From Octopus sinensis (Eukaryota): a stretch of 64,000 nucleotides of DNA. The DNA lies in the NCBI RefSeq assembly GCF_006345805.1, contig NW_021833892.1:1-64000 (forward strand), read 5' to 3'. Of the stretch, positions 27,555 to 41,182 are shown in pieces; positions within the stretch are counted from its first letter, which is position 1; the number at the start of each line of letters is the position of its first letter. Under the pieces are notes generated by a model, which saw nothing but the letters and a program-made list of their open reading frames with translations, searched no databases and was not told where the DNA came from. Both the position numbers and the translations under genes were made by a program.

Positions 27555-28571
27555 TTAAGGAGATTTATTAGTAGTAATGTGGGACTTTGTATATCTACTC
27601 TCAGATTTCCAAGCAAGATTATAGCCAATTTTTGTGAGCAGGAGTTTGGACTGACTTAAAAATGAGCCACGGAATTTTCGACTACTAAGGCAAAGGACGT
27701 AGAACTTGAGGGCAAAGTGAGAGGAATAAACAGCATAGAAATAAATCATTTCGATTTGATGTAGGAGAATATATTTATTCCATTTGGCAACATAACTAGG
27801 CATATTTTGTATAGTACTGGGTTTGCTGCTGAATGTTGAGATTATAAATAGAATGGAATATGGCCATGCACACAAAACAAAGAATAATGATGTGACTATT
27901 AAACTGACGGTTAACCGACTTGATTTGTTAATACAATTAATTTTATTATAAAATATTATAAGAGAAATATTTATACTGATGACTACAAACGGAATCAATA
28001 ATACCATAAATATATGAACTATTCCCATATAATATTTCTCAATTTTTTCAAATCCCTCAATTTTTTTAGAAATACACAAATACCCGCCAACAGGCATTTT
28101 AAATGAGTGATAAAAAATCACGTATGGCACACATAGCATAAGCGACACCACAAGAACACACCCAAGTACAATTCCAGAGACTTTCGGGTTGCAATATTTA
28201 TTTCGTTTTAATGGATGTTTCAAAGATATATATAATTCACAAGTAAAGCACAAAATGAGCATTGGAGAGGCAAATTGAGCAAAGTAAAATCCGCCCACAT
28301 TTATTTTGCAAGCCACATTACTGGAGTCCAGAATATTGTGTTTCAACACGACTTTAGCTCGGAGGAGACAATTTGAGATTAAAAATAAAAGTTCGACAAA
28401 TCCGAGGGTGATCATAAAAAGGCCAGATGATGACTTTCTTAAATGTGTATTCCAAAATGTAATTATTAGACATAAATTGCCAGGGAGGCCGATTATTGAC
28501 CAAAAAATGAGGAAGAACCTTTCAACTTGGATTGTGTATTCTGGATATAGGTTGAACGAAGGGAAATTCAT
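27555..28571 (-). CDS. Intronless class A GPCR, 338 aa, peptide-receptor-like (GPR139/142 or FMRFaR-like pattern)
   Basis: Seven hydrophobic segments; TM1 GLPGN; TM3 Cys; ELY at the DRY position; TM6 CAWP. Confidence 0.9.
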   Translation of the reverse strand: MNFPSFNLYPEYTIQVERFFLIFWSIIGLPGNLCLIITFWNTHLRKSSSGLFMITLGFVELLFLISNCLLRAKVVLKHNILDSSNVACKINVGGFYFAQFASPMLILCFTCELYISLKHPLKRNKYCNPKVSGIVLGCVLVVSLMLCVPYVIFYHSFKMPVGGYLCISKKIEGFEKIEKYYMGIVHIFMVLLIPFVVISINISLIIFYNKINCINKSSRLTVSLIVTSLFFVLCAWPYSILFIISTFSSKPSTIQNMPSYVAKWNKYILLHQIEMIYFYAVYSSHFALKFYVLCLSSRKFRGSFLSQSKLLLTKIGYNLAWKSESRYTKSHITTNKSP

Positions 28572-29074
28572 TTAGAATGCATTAAATTAATCTGCTTAAA
28601 TATTATTTTTTGTATTAAATATTACAAATATCCGTCAACGTCATTATTCCTTTAAATATGTCGCGAGCGCTGAGAGCGATCTATCAATGATTGTCAAAGA
28701 TAAAAATAATCTATTACATCAAAGTTAACTAAGGTCAATTATTGACAATTAATAAGTGATAATTAACCATTATTTAAGTCGTCTTGAATTTTTTTAGTCG
28801 CCTTTAATAAACTTTCTTAATAGACCCAGCACTATTTGTGACTTTGACAAAATTGTTAGACAATTTTATTTACTGAATTTAAACAATCTTGTACTCTTGA
28901 CAGACTTTTCTTATATGGTCATTCTTGAACTCCCTACCATTGTCTGATTGGTAAGATTTACAAGGCCCGTGATTTATAAAAAAACTTAATTATTTTAGTT
29001 ATATTATAATAAAAAGATTTTAATAATAAAAAAATTAAATAAATAGCGCGTACGAATTTAATTTTACTTGTGGT

Positions 29075-32000
29075 ATGTACATTAAGTCAATTGTAATTGA
29101 CGGCTTCAAGTCATATCCACGTCGTACCGAGATAAAAGACTTTGACAGCCAATTCAATGCTATAACCGGCCTCAACGGTAGTGGAAAGTCAAACATTCTC
29201 GATTCCATTTGTTTTCTACTCGGAATCACCACTCTCTCCCAAGTACGAGTCAACAACATGCACGAACTCGTCTACAAGTCCGGCCACGCTGGAATAAACA
29301 AGGCCTCTGTCTGTGTAACATTCGACAACAACAACAAAAAGGACAGTCCAGCAGGCTACGAGAAGTACGATGACATTGTAGTCACACGACAAGTAATTTG
29401 TTCATTTAAAATCAGATTTCTATCGGTGGGAGGAACAAATACCTTATAAATGGAATAAACTCAACAAATACTCGAGTACAGGACATGTTTACGTCTGTTC
29501 GTCTCAACATAAACAACCCAAATTTCCTGATAATGCAAGGAAGGATCACAAAAGTCCTCAATATGAAGCCTGTCGAGGTTTTTTGGTCAAATATTTCAGA
29601 TTTTGTCGATGATTGAGGAGGCAGCCGGGACTGGGCTGTATGAAATGAAGAGAGCCCAGGCCTACAAGACAATTAAGAAGAAGGAGTGCAAGTTGAGTGA
29701 CGTTAATAAAGTTTTACGTGTTTTTTTCGAATTTTTAGGTCATAGAAGCAGATATTGGACCACTTTTGACTAAATTGGACGCGGAAAGGTCGTTTTATTC
29801 GGAATATCAGCAAATTTCGAGGGAGATTGACAGCCTTCGAATGATCAGTGTGGCCCTCATGTACTCCTCTACACAGGTATTTACACGTTTTTCATATTTA
29901 GAACGAAGTGGAAGAATATAAAGAAAAGATATCAGAAATTGAAACAAAGTTGAGTGAGAATAAACGCCGGTTGGGTGAGATTGAGGAGGAATGTGGTCAA
30001 ATTGAGAGAGAAATTACAAGAAAAAGCGCGGGAAATGATAATGTTGGTTTTTTTGCTGGCAATTTTAGGACGAAATTGACAATCGAGTAGCGAAACTTCA
30101 ATCAGAACTGGACGAGAAAATGTTAGTGCAAACTAAACTATCGGCTCAACAAAACGCCAAGAAAGAGCAGGTTATATCCGAGGAAAACAAACTAAAACAA
30201 CTGATCAAACAAAAAGACGATGTTATTACGTAATCAATATGTTTAGGAGACAAAATCGTTAGCAGAACGGAGGTTGATTCGGGTAGATCAAGAGAAGAAG
30301 ACTGCCAGTCTGCAAGAGGAGACTGATTTGGCGGCTAAGCGACTATTGGAAGCGGAATCCTACTATAATGCACTGTCCACTGGGATTTCCGTTTCCGTGG
30401 ATGGAAAGAGGAACACTCTCCAGCAGCAGTTGATTGGTAGTGGGTGATAGTAATGGGTAGACGCAAAGCATGGGGTGTCAGTGTTGGAGACTCAGATTAG
30501 ACAGACAGAGCTGGAGTATTGTGGCAGTGATGATTGGTAGGTCAACCCACATTCGGTCCCGGTTGAAGAAGAGTAGTGAGGACATGAAGAACACGGAGGA
30601 TGACTCGACTCCGACTGAAAGGGAGATTGACAAGAAGAATGTCCAATTGGAGCAAATGAGGGATGAAATAGTCCAAATTGACGAAAAACTGAACATTTAT
30701 GACAAAAATGAAATCAATTCTAAAAAAACAAGACTGAAGAGTGAGATAACTTCACTACAACATAACGTGGACAGTTTACAGTTGTGTTGAGTACATATAT
30801 CGTAGGACAAGACAATTTAGCTTCCAATACTCCAAGCCATCCCCAGACTTTGACAAGAAACATAAAGTTTATGGAGTTGTGGCCAACCTGATCAAGTTGA
30901 GGAGTCGAGAAATGTCCACTGGAGTAGAAGTAGCAGCAGGATCTCGAGTAAGGAATGTTAAAACATATTCAGTTGTTGAATGTGATCGTGGACACTGATG
31001 AAACTGCCAAATTATTACTAAAACACGGAAATCTGCGGTCTCGGGTGACCTTTATTCCCCTGAATCGAATCGTCCCCAACAAAATATCTGACCAAGTATT
31101 AGAAAATGCACAGAGACTAGTAAATGGACTGATTAAGTAATACAGGGAGGTGAAGGCAATGTTAGTTTAGCACTGTCCTGTGTAGAATACGATCAACGAA
31201 TAGAAAAGGCGATGGAGTTTGTGTTTGGAAGTACACTTGTCTGCAAAGACTTGGGGACGGCAAGAAAGGTCGTGTTTGACCGGAGTGTGGGCAAACGAGC
31301 AGTGACGATGGACGGAGATCTGGTCGAGCCCAGTGGAGCACTGACTGGGGGTTATTTGTGTAAGTAATGATAGGTTCGAGAAATAAATCCGAGTCTATTC
31401 TGACGAGAATATTCCGACTTGGGGAGACTGTGACTGATTTGGAAAGCAGAAAGACACAATTGGCACGATTGGAGACTAAATTGGAGGAATGTGCCAAATT
31501 GGAGGCTCAGTATGTGTGGCTGGCCTGTTTATGCAATATTAGAAAGGACACGCTCAACAAACGAGTGGAGTTGGTGGAGAGTGAGATAGTAGTGTATAAG
31601 GATATGCTAACTCAGTCTGAATTCCACTCACTGAGGCGGGAGTGTGCTCAATTGGAGGGATCGTTGGGTTGGTGAGTATTTCTGATCTCTCAGAGGAGAT
31701 GACAGCCAAGTTGAGTCGACTGGGGACATCTTTGAGTGAGGCAGTCCTGATTGTGGAGTCGTTGGAAGACAAGTTGAGGATTATCCAGTCTGGGGGAGGA
31801 AATATGATAGAGGAGGCAGAAAAGGTCATGAAGGATGCTCAGAAAGCACATAATCAACTGGAAAACAGACTGAGGGAGAGTATTCAGGTCAGGAGAGTAC
31901 AATTCCATTTGTTTAGTTGACAGAATGTAACAAAATGGAGTTCGATTATGCGGAAGATGAAATAAAGTCGATTGTGAATAAGATTGACGCTTTTGATGTC

Positions 32001-33159
32001 TCTGTTAAACAACTGAAGAAAGAATTGGACAAAATGTCGGATGATTATGAGGAGAGAGAGGTGTGTGGATGTCACTGATTTGGCTTAGAATAGTAAAATC
32101 AAACTTGAGAAAGTTTTGTCTGAAGAAAAGGAAAGACAGGCGTCCCTGAGAGGGAATATGGCACAGAACAATATGAAATTGAAAAATCTTTTGGACTCGA
32201 AAAAAGACATTGAACTGGACTGTGAGCAAATATCCGCCTCCCATCGTCGCTATAAAGATAATTTGGCTCAAAAAACTAAAAAAGTGTTTTTTGTGTAATA
32301 ACTGTGTAGTTGGAAGTGTTAGTGGAACAGAACAGTTGGATTCTGACTGAGAAGGACAAATTTAGTGTTCCCGATGGTCCCTACGACTTTGAAAAGCAGT
32401 TGGGAGGACCGGTAGAGGACTGACGATGAATTAGATAAGCAAGTCGATTCGAGGTTATCCGAACTGGAGAAGTCACGTGACAAATTATCGTCCAAAGTAA
32501 ACATGCGAGCAATGGCCATGTTGGAGAGTGTGGAGAAGAGGGTTGTGATTTGTCTTGACTTGTTAGTTTGAGGTATTGAAGGAAAGGAGAGACATTGTCT
32601 TGAATGATCGGAAGAACTTAACGAGGGAATTGAAATGCTGGACATTAAAAAGAAGGACACATTGGAATCTGCCTTTTCTCTTGTTAATAAGGACTTTGGG
32701 TCCATTTTTTCATCTTTATTGCCCAATGCGCAGGCTAAGCTTGTGCAGAGGGATGTGAAGGATTTGAGTCAGGGGTTGGAGTTTAGGATTGGGTTCGGAG
32801 GAGTGTGGAAAGAGTCGCTGACTGAGTTGAGTGGAGGACAAAAGTATAGGTTTGGTCGACTGTTTAGGTCGTTGGTGGCTTTGTCTCTTATTCTTGCACT
32901 TTTGAGGTTTAATCCGGCTCCGATTTACATTTTGGACGAGATTGACGCAGCCTTAGACTTGTCGCATACTCAGAACATTGGCAAGATGATTCAGCTGTAT
33001 TTTAAGAGTTCTCAGGTCTTGGTGATCAGTCATGATTAGTTTATCATTGTGTCACTACAAGAAAGCATGTTTAATAACGCCAATGTTCTCTTTCGAACTA
33101 AATTCGTCGATGGAGTGTCCACCGTTACTCGCTATAATCAATTAGAACATCGACGTTGA
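29075..33159 (+). CDS. SMC2: Structural maintenance of chromosomes protein 2 (condensin), many micro-introns
   Basis: Walker [13 protein letters not shown]; [11 protein letters not shown]; hinge RVTFIPLN; signature LSGGQ; Walker [12 protein letters not shown]; TGA at 33157-33159. Confidence 0.97.
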
Positions 33160-33637
33160 TTTGTCATTACTTTTTAATTTTATGGAAATTTGGTGAATGT
33201 GTTTAATTTGAGGGTCATTTATTTTATCCTTGTTTCCGATATTTTTATTATTCGAAATAAGTGTACTGCATTTAGTCTATCTAAATTTAAGCTTTCTTTT
33301 TTCGTAAAATGATATTTGTAGTTGCAGTGATTACTAATTGCTTGCTTTCCTTTATTATTCGTTAAGTTTTCAAAGTTTAATTTAATAAAATTGTGATAAA
33401 ATTGGACATTTTAACTTAAAACCAAGAAAAATCGCATTTTTTCTGAGAATTGTTTATCAATTGTGGAATAAAACCGACATTTTTAGTTTATAATTTCAGT
33501 ATTAATCCGAGCCAAAAATCAGGTGTTAAAAGTAGATATTTTTGAATTCCTTTTTATTTATTTCTTACAGATTTAATTAATTTACATTATTTCATTAAAT
33601 ATTTTCAATCATTAATTAGTATTAGATCCTGGTCGAC

Positions 33638-34348
<711 letters not shown>

Positions 34349-34429
34349 TGAAAATACTTCTTAATTAATTATTCCTATATATAGATTTTCGTCATTTTCA
34401 TTGATTTAATTAATCTCGACCTGTTTATT

Positions 34430-34631
34430 AACTATACCATTTTCAGTTCAAGTTTGACAGTTAAAAAATCTTGACCTGTTGATTATGAGACAGCGAAGGG
34501 CGCAAAAACGACCAGTTTTGTCAAAATTGATATTAAAATGTCAAAATTGATGTAAAAATGTCAATATTTCTTATTGCATTGTCAAAATAGATACAAAAAA
34601 TTGTCAAAATTGAACTGAAAATGGTATAGTT
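34430..34631. mobile_element. MITE-like element of about 200 bp
   Basis: 30-bp terminal inverted repeat AACTATACCATTTTCAGTTCAAGTTTGACA with one mismatch; internal TGTCAAAATTGA repeats. Confidence 0.7.
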
Positions 34632-35229
34632 GTAGCCAATGAGTTTGTCCAAATAAGAGTAAATATAACCAGAACTGATCATGAAAAAGAACAAGGTGGT
34701 AAATACTATCAGGTTCGTAAAGACTTGAATAACTTATCAAAGTTGCTTGAAAAAGGATCAAGCAGGAAAAATGCATTATTTATTTAACTCCATTCCTTCT
34801 GAAATTGGGAGGAATGCTGCACGAAAAAAACTGACAGACCTCTTAGGGTCACATTATAAGTAGGGCAACCACAAAGTTGACCTAAAAAAAGCAAAAATTG
34901 ACCTCCATAAAGTCAACAAAATTGATTCAAAAAAGATGAAAGCTGACCAGAATGTAGACCTAAAAGAAGTTTTTCAGATAATTTGTATGCAATAATTTTT
35001 TCTAGAAACATGAATTATATAGAATCATATAATATTTGACGTTTTCAGTTTTAACATTTCGGTCTTTGGCCAAATTTTATGAAGAACTGAAAACGAGCGC
35101 TCTACTAAACACGTAGTGGCCTGACACTGGAGTAGTTGAAACTTTTCCAAAGGCAAAAAACTTATAATTTATAAGTTAAGGAGGGAGTTAATTTTTTAAG
35201 ATTTTCTTATAGCAGTGAGGTTTTTGCAT

Positions 35230-36660
35230 TCCAGGACGACGTGCGTTACTGCGTGTCGTCTGCAGTTTGGACAGGAAGGATCGACGTACTCCTCAATTTG
35301 TTTTGATAGTCAAAGAATAAAAAATGATGCTTACAGCGAAATATTGCGAGTTCGATCCGATCTTTGAGGCTGAGATCTTTTTCAGCTGTGTTTATTTTGG
35401 GGGGATTGTTGATGATATTATTTGCGGTTAGTGCGTTCAAGGAGGATTTTATTATTAGTTCTTTTATTTCCGATGGTTTTTTGTTAAAAAATGAATTTAA
35501 GATGCGATAGTAGTCGAGTGCTGGTGTGTTTTTGATGTTCCTGTCAGGGGTTTGTGTCGTTGTGAGATTGTGCCTTGGGTGGTTTTTGATCATAGTCGCT
35601 GAGGCAAAGAATTGGGTTCTATAGATTTCGAAATGGTCTAGAAGTTTGATCATGTTGGTTTCCTGATGCATATGGTCGGCCGGAATAGACTTCATACAAC
35701 CCGTAATGATTTGAATGTTTGGTTTGGGATTGATTGTAGTTTCTGAAGGAGTTTTTTTGACAGCAGAGGCGTCCATGATGGACTTTTATAGTCCAATATT
35801 GGAAGATGTATTGTTTGTATAGGAGTATTAGTCATTCCTTGTTTTTTCCAAAGTTTGTTCCGGTGAGTGAGTGGCGGCCATTCATTTTGCATTTGTGAGT
35901 CAGGTTTTTCAATGTGTTGGCGAAATGATAGAAGGTATTGTACGTTATCCCGAATATTTGACTGTTTTGGTGCGAGGAATTCTAATACTGTTAATTTTGA
36001 TTGTCGTAGTGAAATTGTGTTCTCGTGCATTACTGTTAGACGAGTAGTTAATGATTTATTTTATGATAGAGATAGCCCGTTTAGAGTAATGCAGTTATAC
36101 GGGATATCAATGAATGGTTGAATTTGGTGACATGCTGCCGTTGGATTTGTGTTTGATGATGTGATCGTAATATCATCTGCGTATAGGAACAGAGATGCAT
36201 TTTTGGGTGGTTTAGGAATGTCATCTAGGTAAGTGTTAAAAAGTGTGGGGGATAGGACAGAGCTCTGAGGTACTTCATTGAGGAGGATCCATGCATTTAA
36301 GCGTTTTTTGTTGTGTTGAATATAACCTTGTTTCACACTGAGGTAGTTGGATAGCCATCGTTTTGAGTTATTATAGATATTTGTGTTGATGATTTTGTTT
36401 ATTAGTGGGGGTCACGGAATGGAGTCAAAAGTTTTTCTTAGATCCAGAGTGATTAATATTGTCCGAATGGGAGAGTTTTCTTTGTTGAATTCGTTTATAT
36501 TGTTTGTATAATATTTGTGAGTAGAGTTGTCGTTTTAAATACTTTGAATAATATTGTCTGAAGCCATGTTGCGCTTTGCCGATTGAAATGGAGAAAATGC
36601 ATTAATGTGACCTGTTAATAAGTGAATTGAGAATTATTCATGTTGCCAAAGTGTAAATAT
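35230..36660 (-). mobile_element. Decayed LINE reverse transcriptase and 3' region
   Basis: VPQSSVLSPTLFNTY, YADDITIT, ILDYKSPSW. Confidence 0.85.
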
Positions 36661-37059
36661 TGTGCTTATATAAGACGGAATTGTTTCAAAGTACTACAAA
36701 AATAAAAATATTGTGTTTATCTAAAACCTGTTAATGTGCCATTTAACGAGCTGTTGTTTATTGAAATCACATATACAGTTAGAAATATAACTTGATTTGA
36801 TTATTTTCATTCATTCAGATAGAATACTCTTCTACGACAGCGCTGTCAAATAATTGCCGGCCTATGTCTTAATCAAGTGGATTTATTAACTCCAAAAATT
36901 TTCAATTTTGTTTAGAATTTGCAGGTCATATGTCTTTAGGAAATTTTCAAAACATTTTTTGCCAAAATAATCATCGCGACAACTACAAGTATATTTACGT
37001 TGTATTGGCATATTTGCCGAAATTAATCAACTCCGTTAAAACCAAAAAACGAAATTAGA

Positions 37060-37360
37060 TAGGTGATCCAGACATTCCCAATCAATTTACGCATTTCTCT
37101 CCGTGTTCACCCAGATTGGACGAGGATCAAAGGGTCTTGGCTCCCAGCATGTTTTAACATAGAAATAAGAACCCGTCGTCCTTACAAGGGTTTCGAAAGC
37201 AGTTGGCTTTATAAGCCGTTCATTAAAATCGAAGCTGTAGGTTTGGCATCTTTTGCAGATTTCTTGAGACCAGGTATGATTCCCAGGCACCACAAGCGTA
37301 ACCAATAGATGGCTCGACATATTGTTTGTATATATGGTTAAACCAGGGTTGTGTGTCAAT
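37060..37360 (-). mobile_element. Probable CRE-like RT fragment
   Basis: IKPTAFETLVR resembles CRE IRPIAVGETLRR; weak. Confidence 0.35.
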
Positions 37361-38562
37361 GGTCACTCCGGATGTGGTTCTCAAGCCCCAAAATTTTATT
37401 TAGAAAAAGGTTAATTAATTGACGGTGAAATTTTTCTTGTTCTTACTGTTTCAAATAAGTTAAACAATTATCAATACTAGATATAAAACCAAAAAGTTAA
37501 CTAATTTTAGTCAGTCATGAAATACGTCAAAGTAGAGGTTGAGAAACTGCATTTATTCATTTAGTCTTAAAATTGTTAATTTAATAAGATGAACAATTTC
37601 GTTTTTCTTCATGCTTTTGAAGATGGTCAAGAAATCATTTTTATAATAAAAATTAATATTTTTCAAAAGATAATTGCTTAATTTATTCTAAACCGTCGGA
37701 AAATTAGATTAGTGAATTTAGTTTTTTGAAACACGAATTCTAATCAGGCAGAGATACTTAATTAACCATTAATATTAGTGGATTTATGCTTTGGTTTAAT
37801 TTCAAAAATCATTCTAAAATATTTCACAATATATTTTACAAAACTAATTTAATGATAGTCATAGGCTGAGTATATTCACATTCTTTTAAAAATATATGGA
37901 CATTCTTATGATCAAAAAAAGTGACAAAATATATATCCGAACGGCTAATTTGAGGAAAAATGCTCTTAGCAGCCTAGAAAAAATTCTTCAGTTTTTATTT
38001 TAATAATCAGACGGGGCAATTCGGATAATTAGATTTAGAACTTGAATGAAACAAAAAATTTATTTTAAATAATATATTTAAGATTTTAGTAGAGCAATTC
38101 GTACTCGCAGGGTGATTTGTACAATTTTCGTAGGCAAAAAAGTTTAATAAAAACTGAATTATATATATAATATACATTTTTTAACAACCCCAAATTCTTT
38201 GGAAACATTTTCGCAATCTTCGTCTGTAAATTTTCCCGATTGATGCATACAAAGTGTAGAACCGTCAACAAAATGTATAATTTCAATGATCGGGTCTTTC
38301 AAATTATTATAATCCATTATTCCACATAATTTATTTTTTATTCGAATTTATAAAATTTAGGGTTGCCACAAAAATAAGAAATAATATTTTTATAAACAAT
38401 ATATTAATTAATTTAATAAAGTTGTTATACATTATTTTGAATGCTACAAATCAAAAGGACTACCACCTGTTTAAGTCTAACAAGTCTAACAACTATACGG
38501 TAGTCACGCTTATGCCTGACTTTGCCTAATTTGAACGTCTCAACAAAACCAGATACAAAAAA

Positions 38563-38637
38563 TTCTCCATCCGGGATTCGAACCCGGATCAACGGTGTGA
38601 AAGACCGTCATCTTAAACCCCTAGAAAACGACAAAGA
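38563..38637 (-). tRNA. tRNA-Glu(TTC), possibly degenerate
   Basis: Anticodon arm ACGGT-CTTTCAC-ACCGT; T arm CCGGG-TTCGAAT-CCCGG; acceptor stem has three G-U pairs; downstream T-run. Confidence 0.8.
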
Positions 38638-39099
38638 TGTAGAAAGGGGACATCCTACCTTCACATTACCAATGAAAAAATCTACATTATGTAAAACCCT
38701 TCCGAAAACAAATGATGTGCGGTGAGCGACGGTAGGAGGCTGACAAATGGGAACTGGGCAAACGAGATATTCCCCACCTCTCTTTGAATCCGGAAGGCTG
38801 TATTGAAGATTTGGAGGCTAATGCTGATCGGCACAGACAGTTCCTTCTTCCTTGGCTTCTTTATTCGATTAGTTAGCTATAAATGTTTGTGCTGGGTTTG
38901 CTATGCAAGCTTGAGGGTTAATAAATAAAAAAATGAGTGCTACAAACTTTCACTATGAAACTAATGTTATGGAAAACACAATTTACAGTGAGATACACTG
39001 AGCATTTTATTGCTCAAAAAGTTTAATTTCAACAACATCAAACTTTGATATGAATCGTTACAACTACAAGGGAAAATAGCAGAAATAATTCGACACTGC

Positions 39100-39360
39100 T
39101 GGCCTCACTAAACTGCGCTTGTCAACCGCATACTTGAGACTGGCTCAAAACACATCCCATCCCCAGTACGAGATTGCTACTGGACGATAAATCCTTACAG
39201 ATCGGGATCTGTTATCGCTTGGGCTTTGCCATTTGCCAGCCCCACCCTTGCCGATGTAGGTCAACAATTTCATCGAACGGCTTGTATATGAAGTCAACTC
39301 AACGGCGTTGTCAGGAGGGCTCTAGAGTCGGCTGGTTGACCTTTCCTTTCAGGGAAGGTA
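39100..39360 (+). mobile_element. CRE-like fragment
   Basis: QIGICYRLGFAICQPHPCRC zinc-finger-region motif. Confidence 0.6.
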
Positions 39361-39792
39361 AGTTTCTGGGAAAGAATTCTCTGCTTTTCAATTACTATTA
39401 ACTGAAAATATTTTTTTACAAAATAATGATCATTTCGGATAAAAAATTCGACAATTGGGAACACACTTTGATATTTTTTGTCAACTTAGAAAGAATTTTC
39501 TGTTTTTCAATTACTATTAACTGCAAATATTCATCATCTTCTAGCTAACTTACACTAGGAAATGATTGATTTGAAATATGACTCAGATCTGAAAGATACA
39601 TTTACACGATAGGCTAAGACAGCTTTCATAACTGTCTCTTGCCAAAGTATCCCGACTTCAAAATATTATAAAAATCATAGTATTAAACAAATATCATTTT
39701 AAATCAAAAAAATCAAAAACCTGACCAGCGGAATCCAAATTTTTTTTGATTCGGCCCGTCGAAAAAATGATTTTGACGCCTTTGGACTATAC

Positions 39793-40838
39793 CAGTGATT
39801 CTCACGTGCGGCCCCTTGGATTTAATTTAATTTTTTTTGAAATATAAAATTTTATTGGTCAAAAACAATAGTCAGTATTTTTTAATAAACAGTCGTTAAT
39901 TCTTTGATTGAGAGGACGAGCGAATAGACAGGCAGTTTCAGCGCAATATCGCGAGCAAAATGCGCTGAAAAAGCCAACTAGACTCACGTCTCTCGTGACT
40001 CTTCCTCGAGATCATAAAAATTGTCAAAAAATTGTCACGTTTTTTTATTTGTTGTGATGTCGAATTCTAAACGTTTTCGAAAAATTTCCAAGGAAAATAG
40101 GATTTTTCAACACATCTGAAAAGAAAAATATTTCATTATTGTGGTCAATGAGAAGGCTCTTTTCCTAATATGCAATTCTATTATTGTAACTTTAAAAACG
40201 TATACAATCAAACGGCACTATCGTTCCCACTATTATTTATGACAAATTCACTGGTGTTTCTCGGACGAAAAAACTAAAACAAATGAAAGAAGATTATTTT
40301 CATTATTTGTCAGAAAATTGCGAAAGTGGCTCAACTGATAAATATTTAAAAATAATTGAAGATATAAATTCGCAATTTGATGCAAGATTTCAGGTTTTAA
40401 GAAGATGCAAATTCAATGAGATTATTTGCATCTCCATTAATTATGAAAAGTGAGGAGGTTTCCGGAATTTACCAACTGGAATTAATTGATTTGCAAAATG
40501 ATGTTGAACCGAAAAATTTGTTCAGCAACATTTCGATAATTAACTTTTATTTGAGAATTCCAGAGAACCGATTTCCGAATCTAGTCAATAATTCAAAGAA
40601 AAATTTAGCGATGTTTGGATCAACATATGTTTGCGAATCGACATTTAGTAAACTTGTTCGAATTAAAATAGTTTCGCAGCAGATTGACTGATAGTCATCT
40701 AAGTGATTTGTAACGTACTTCAACTAGTAAAATTGAACTTAATTTTGATTTAGTTAATAAATAATTGTTAAAAATTATTTGCGGCCCCTGTAATTTTTTT
40801 AAATTTGCGGCCTGAGTAAAGAAGCTTGAAAATCACTG
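39793..40838 (+). mobile_element. Internally deleted hAT element with intact ends
   Basis: TIR CAGTGATT(C/T)TCA; perfect 8-bp TSD GACTATAC at 39785-39792 and 40839-40846; QLELIDLQ and MFGSTYVCESTFS. Confidence 0.95.
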
Positions 40839-40924
40839 GACTATACTATAGTAATGGGGTTGGGAATCGCTGGACTATAGAGTAAAAAAGAATACAACAA
40901 AAATGTAATGTGAAAGTATAATAG

Positions 40925-41182
40925 TCAAATTATAGTTTTAAACTCATCTCCGTCATATGAATCCATTGATTTGGATTGCAAGCGATTTATCAGAAAAGTA
41001 GATGTCTCAATAAAAGAGCCGACACAGTCACCTAAACATTTCTTGGTTGACTTGTCCATGTAACTTCCAGGCTTTCCGACACACAAATCCCAACATTTAC
41101 TAGTCAATTCAGTTATCAATGAATATGATTGTTGCTTGAATGCCTCATTCTCGACAAAACTCTGAAGTTCCTTATCCGACAT
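40925..41182 (-). CDS. TIMM8: Mitochondrial intermembrane-space chaperone Tim8
   Basis: Twin CX3C (CWDLC, CLGDC) and FIETSTFLINRL; ATG at 41182. Confidence 0.88.
   Translation of the reverse strand: MSDKELQSFVENEAFKQQSYSLITELTSKCWDLCVGKPGSYMDKSTKKCLGDCVGSFIETSTFLINRLQSKSMDSYDGDEFKTII

Noticed and set aside
29075-33159. Stop-codon reassignment (ciliate-like code)
   Set aside because: In the exons I parsed, the stops fall inside removable GT-AG micro-introns, and genes end in standard stops.
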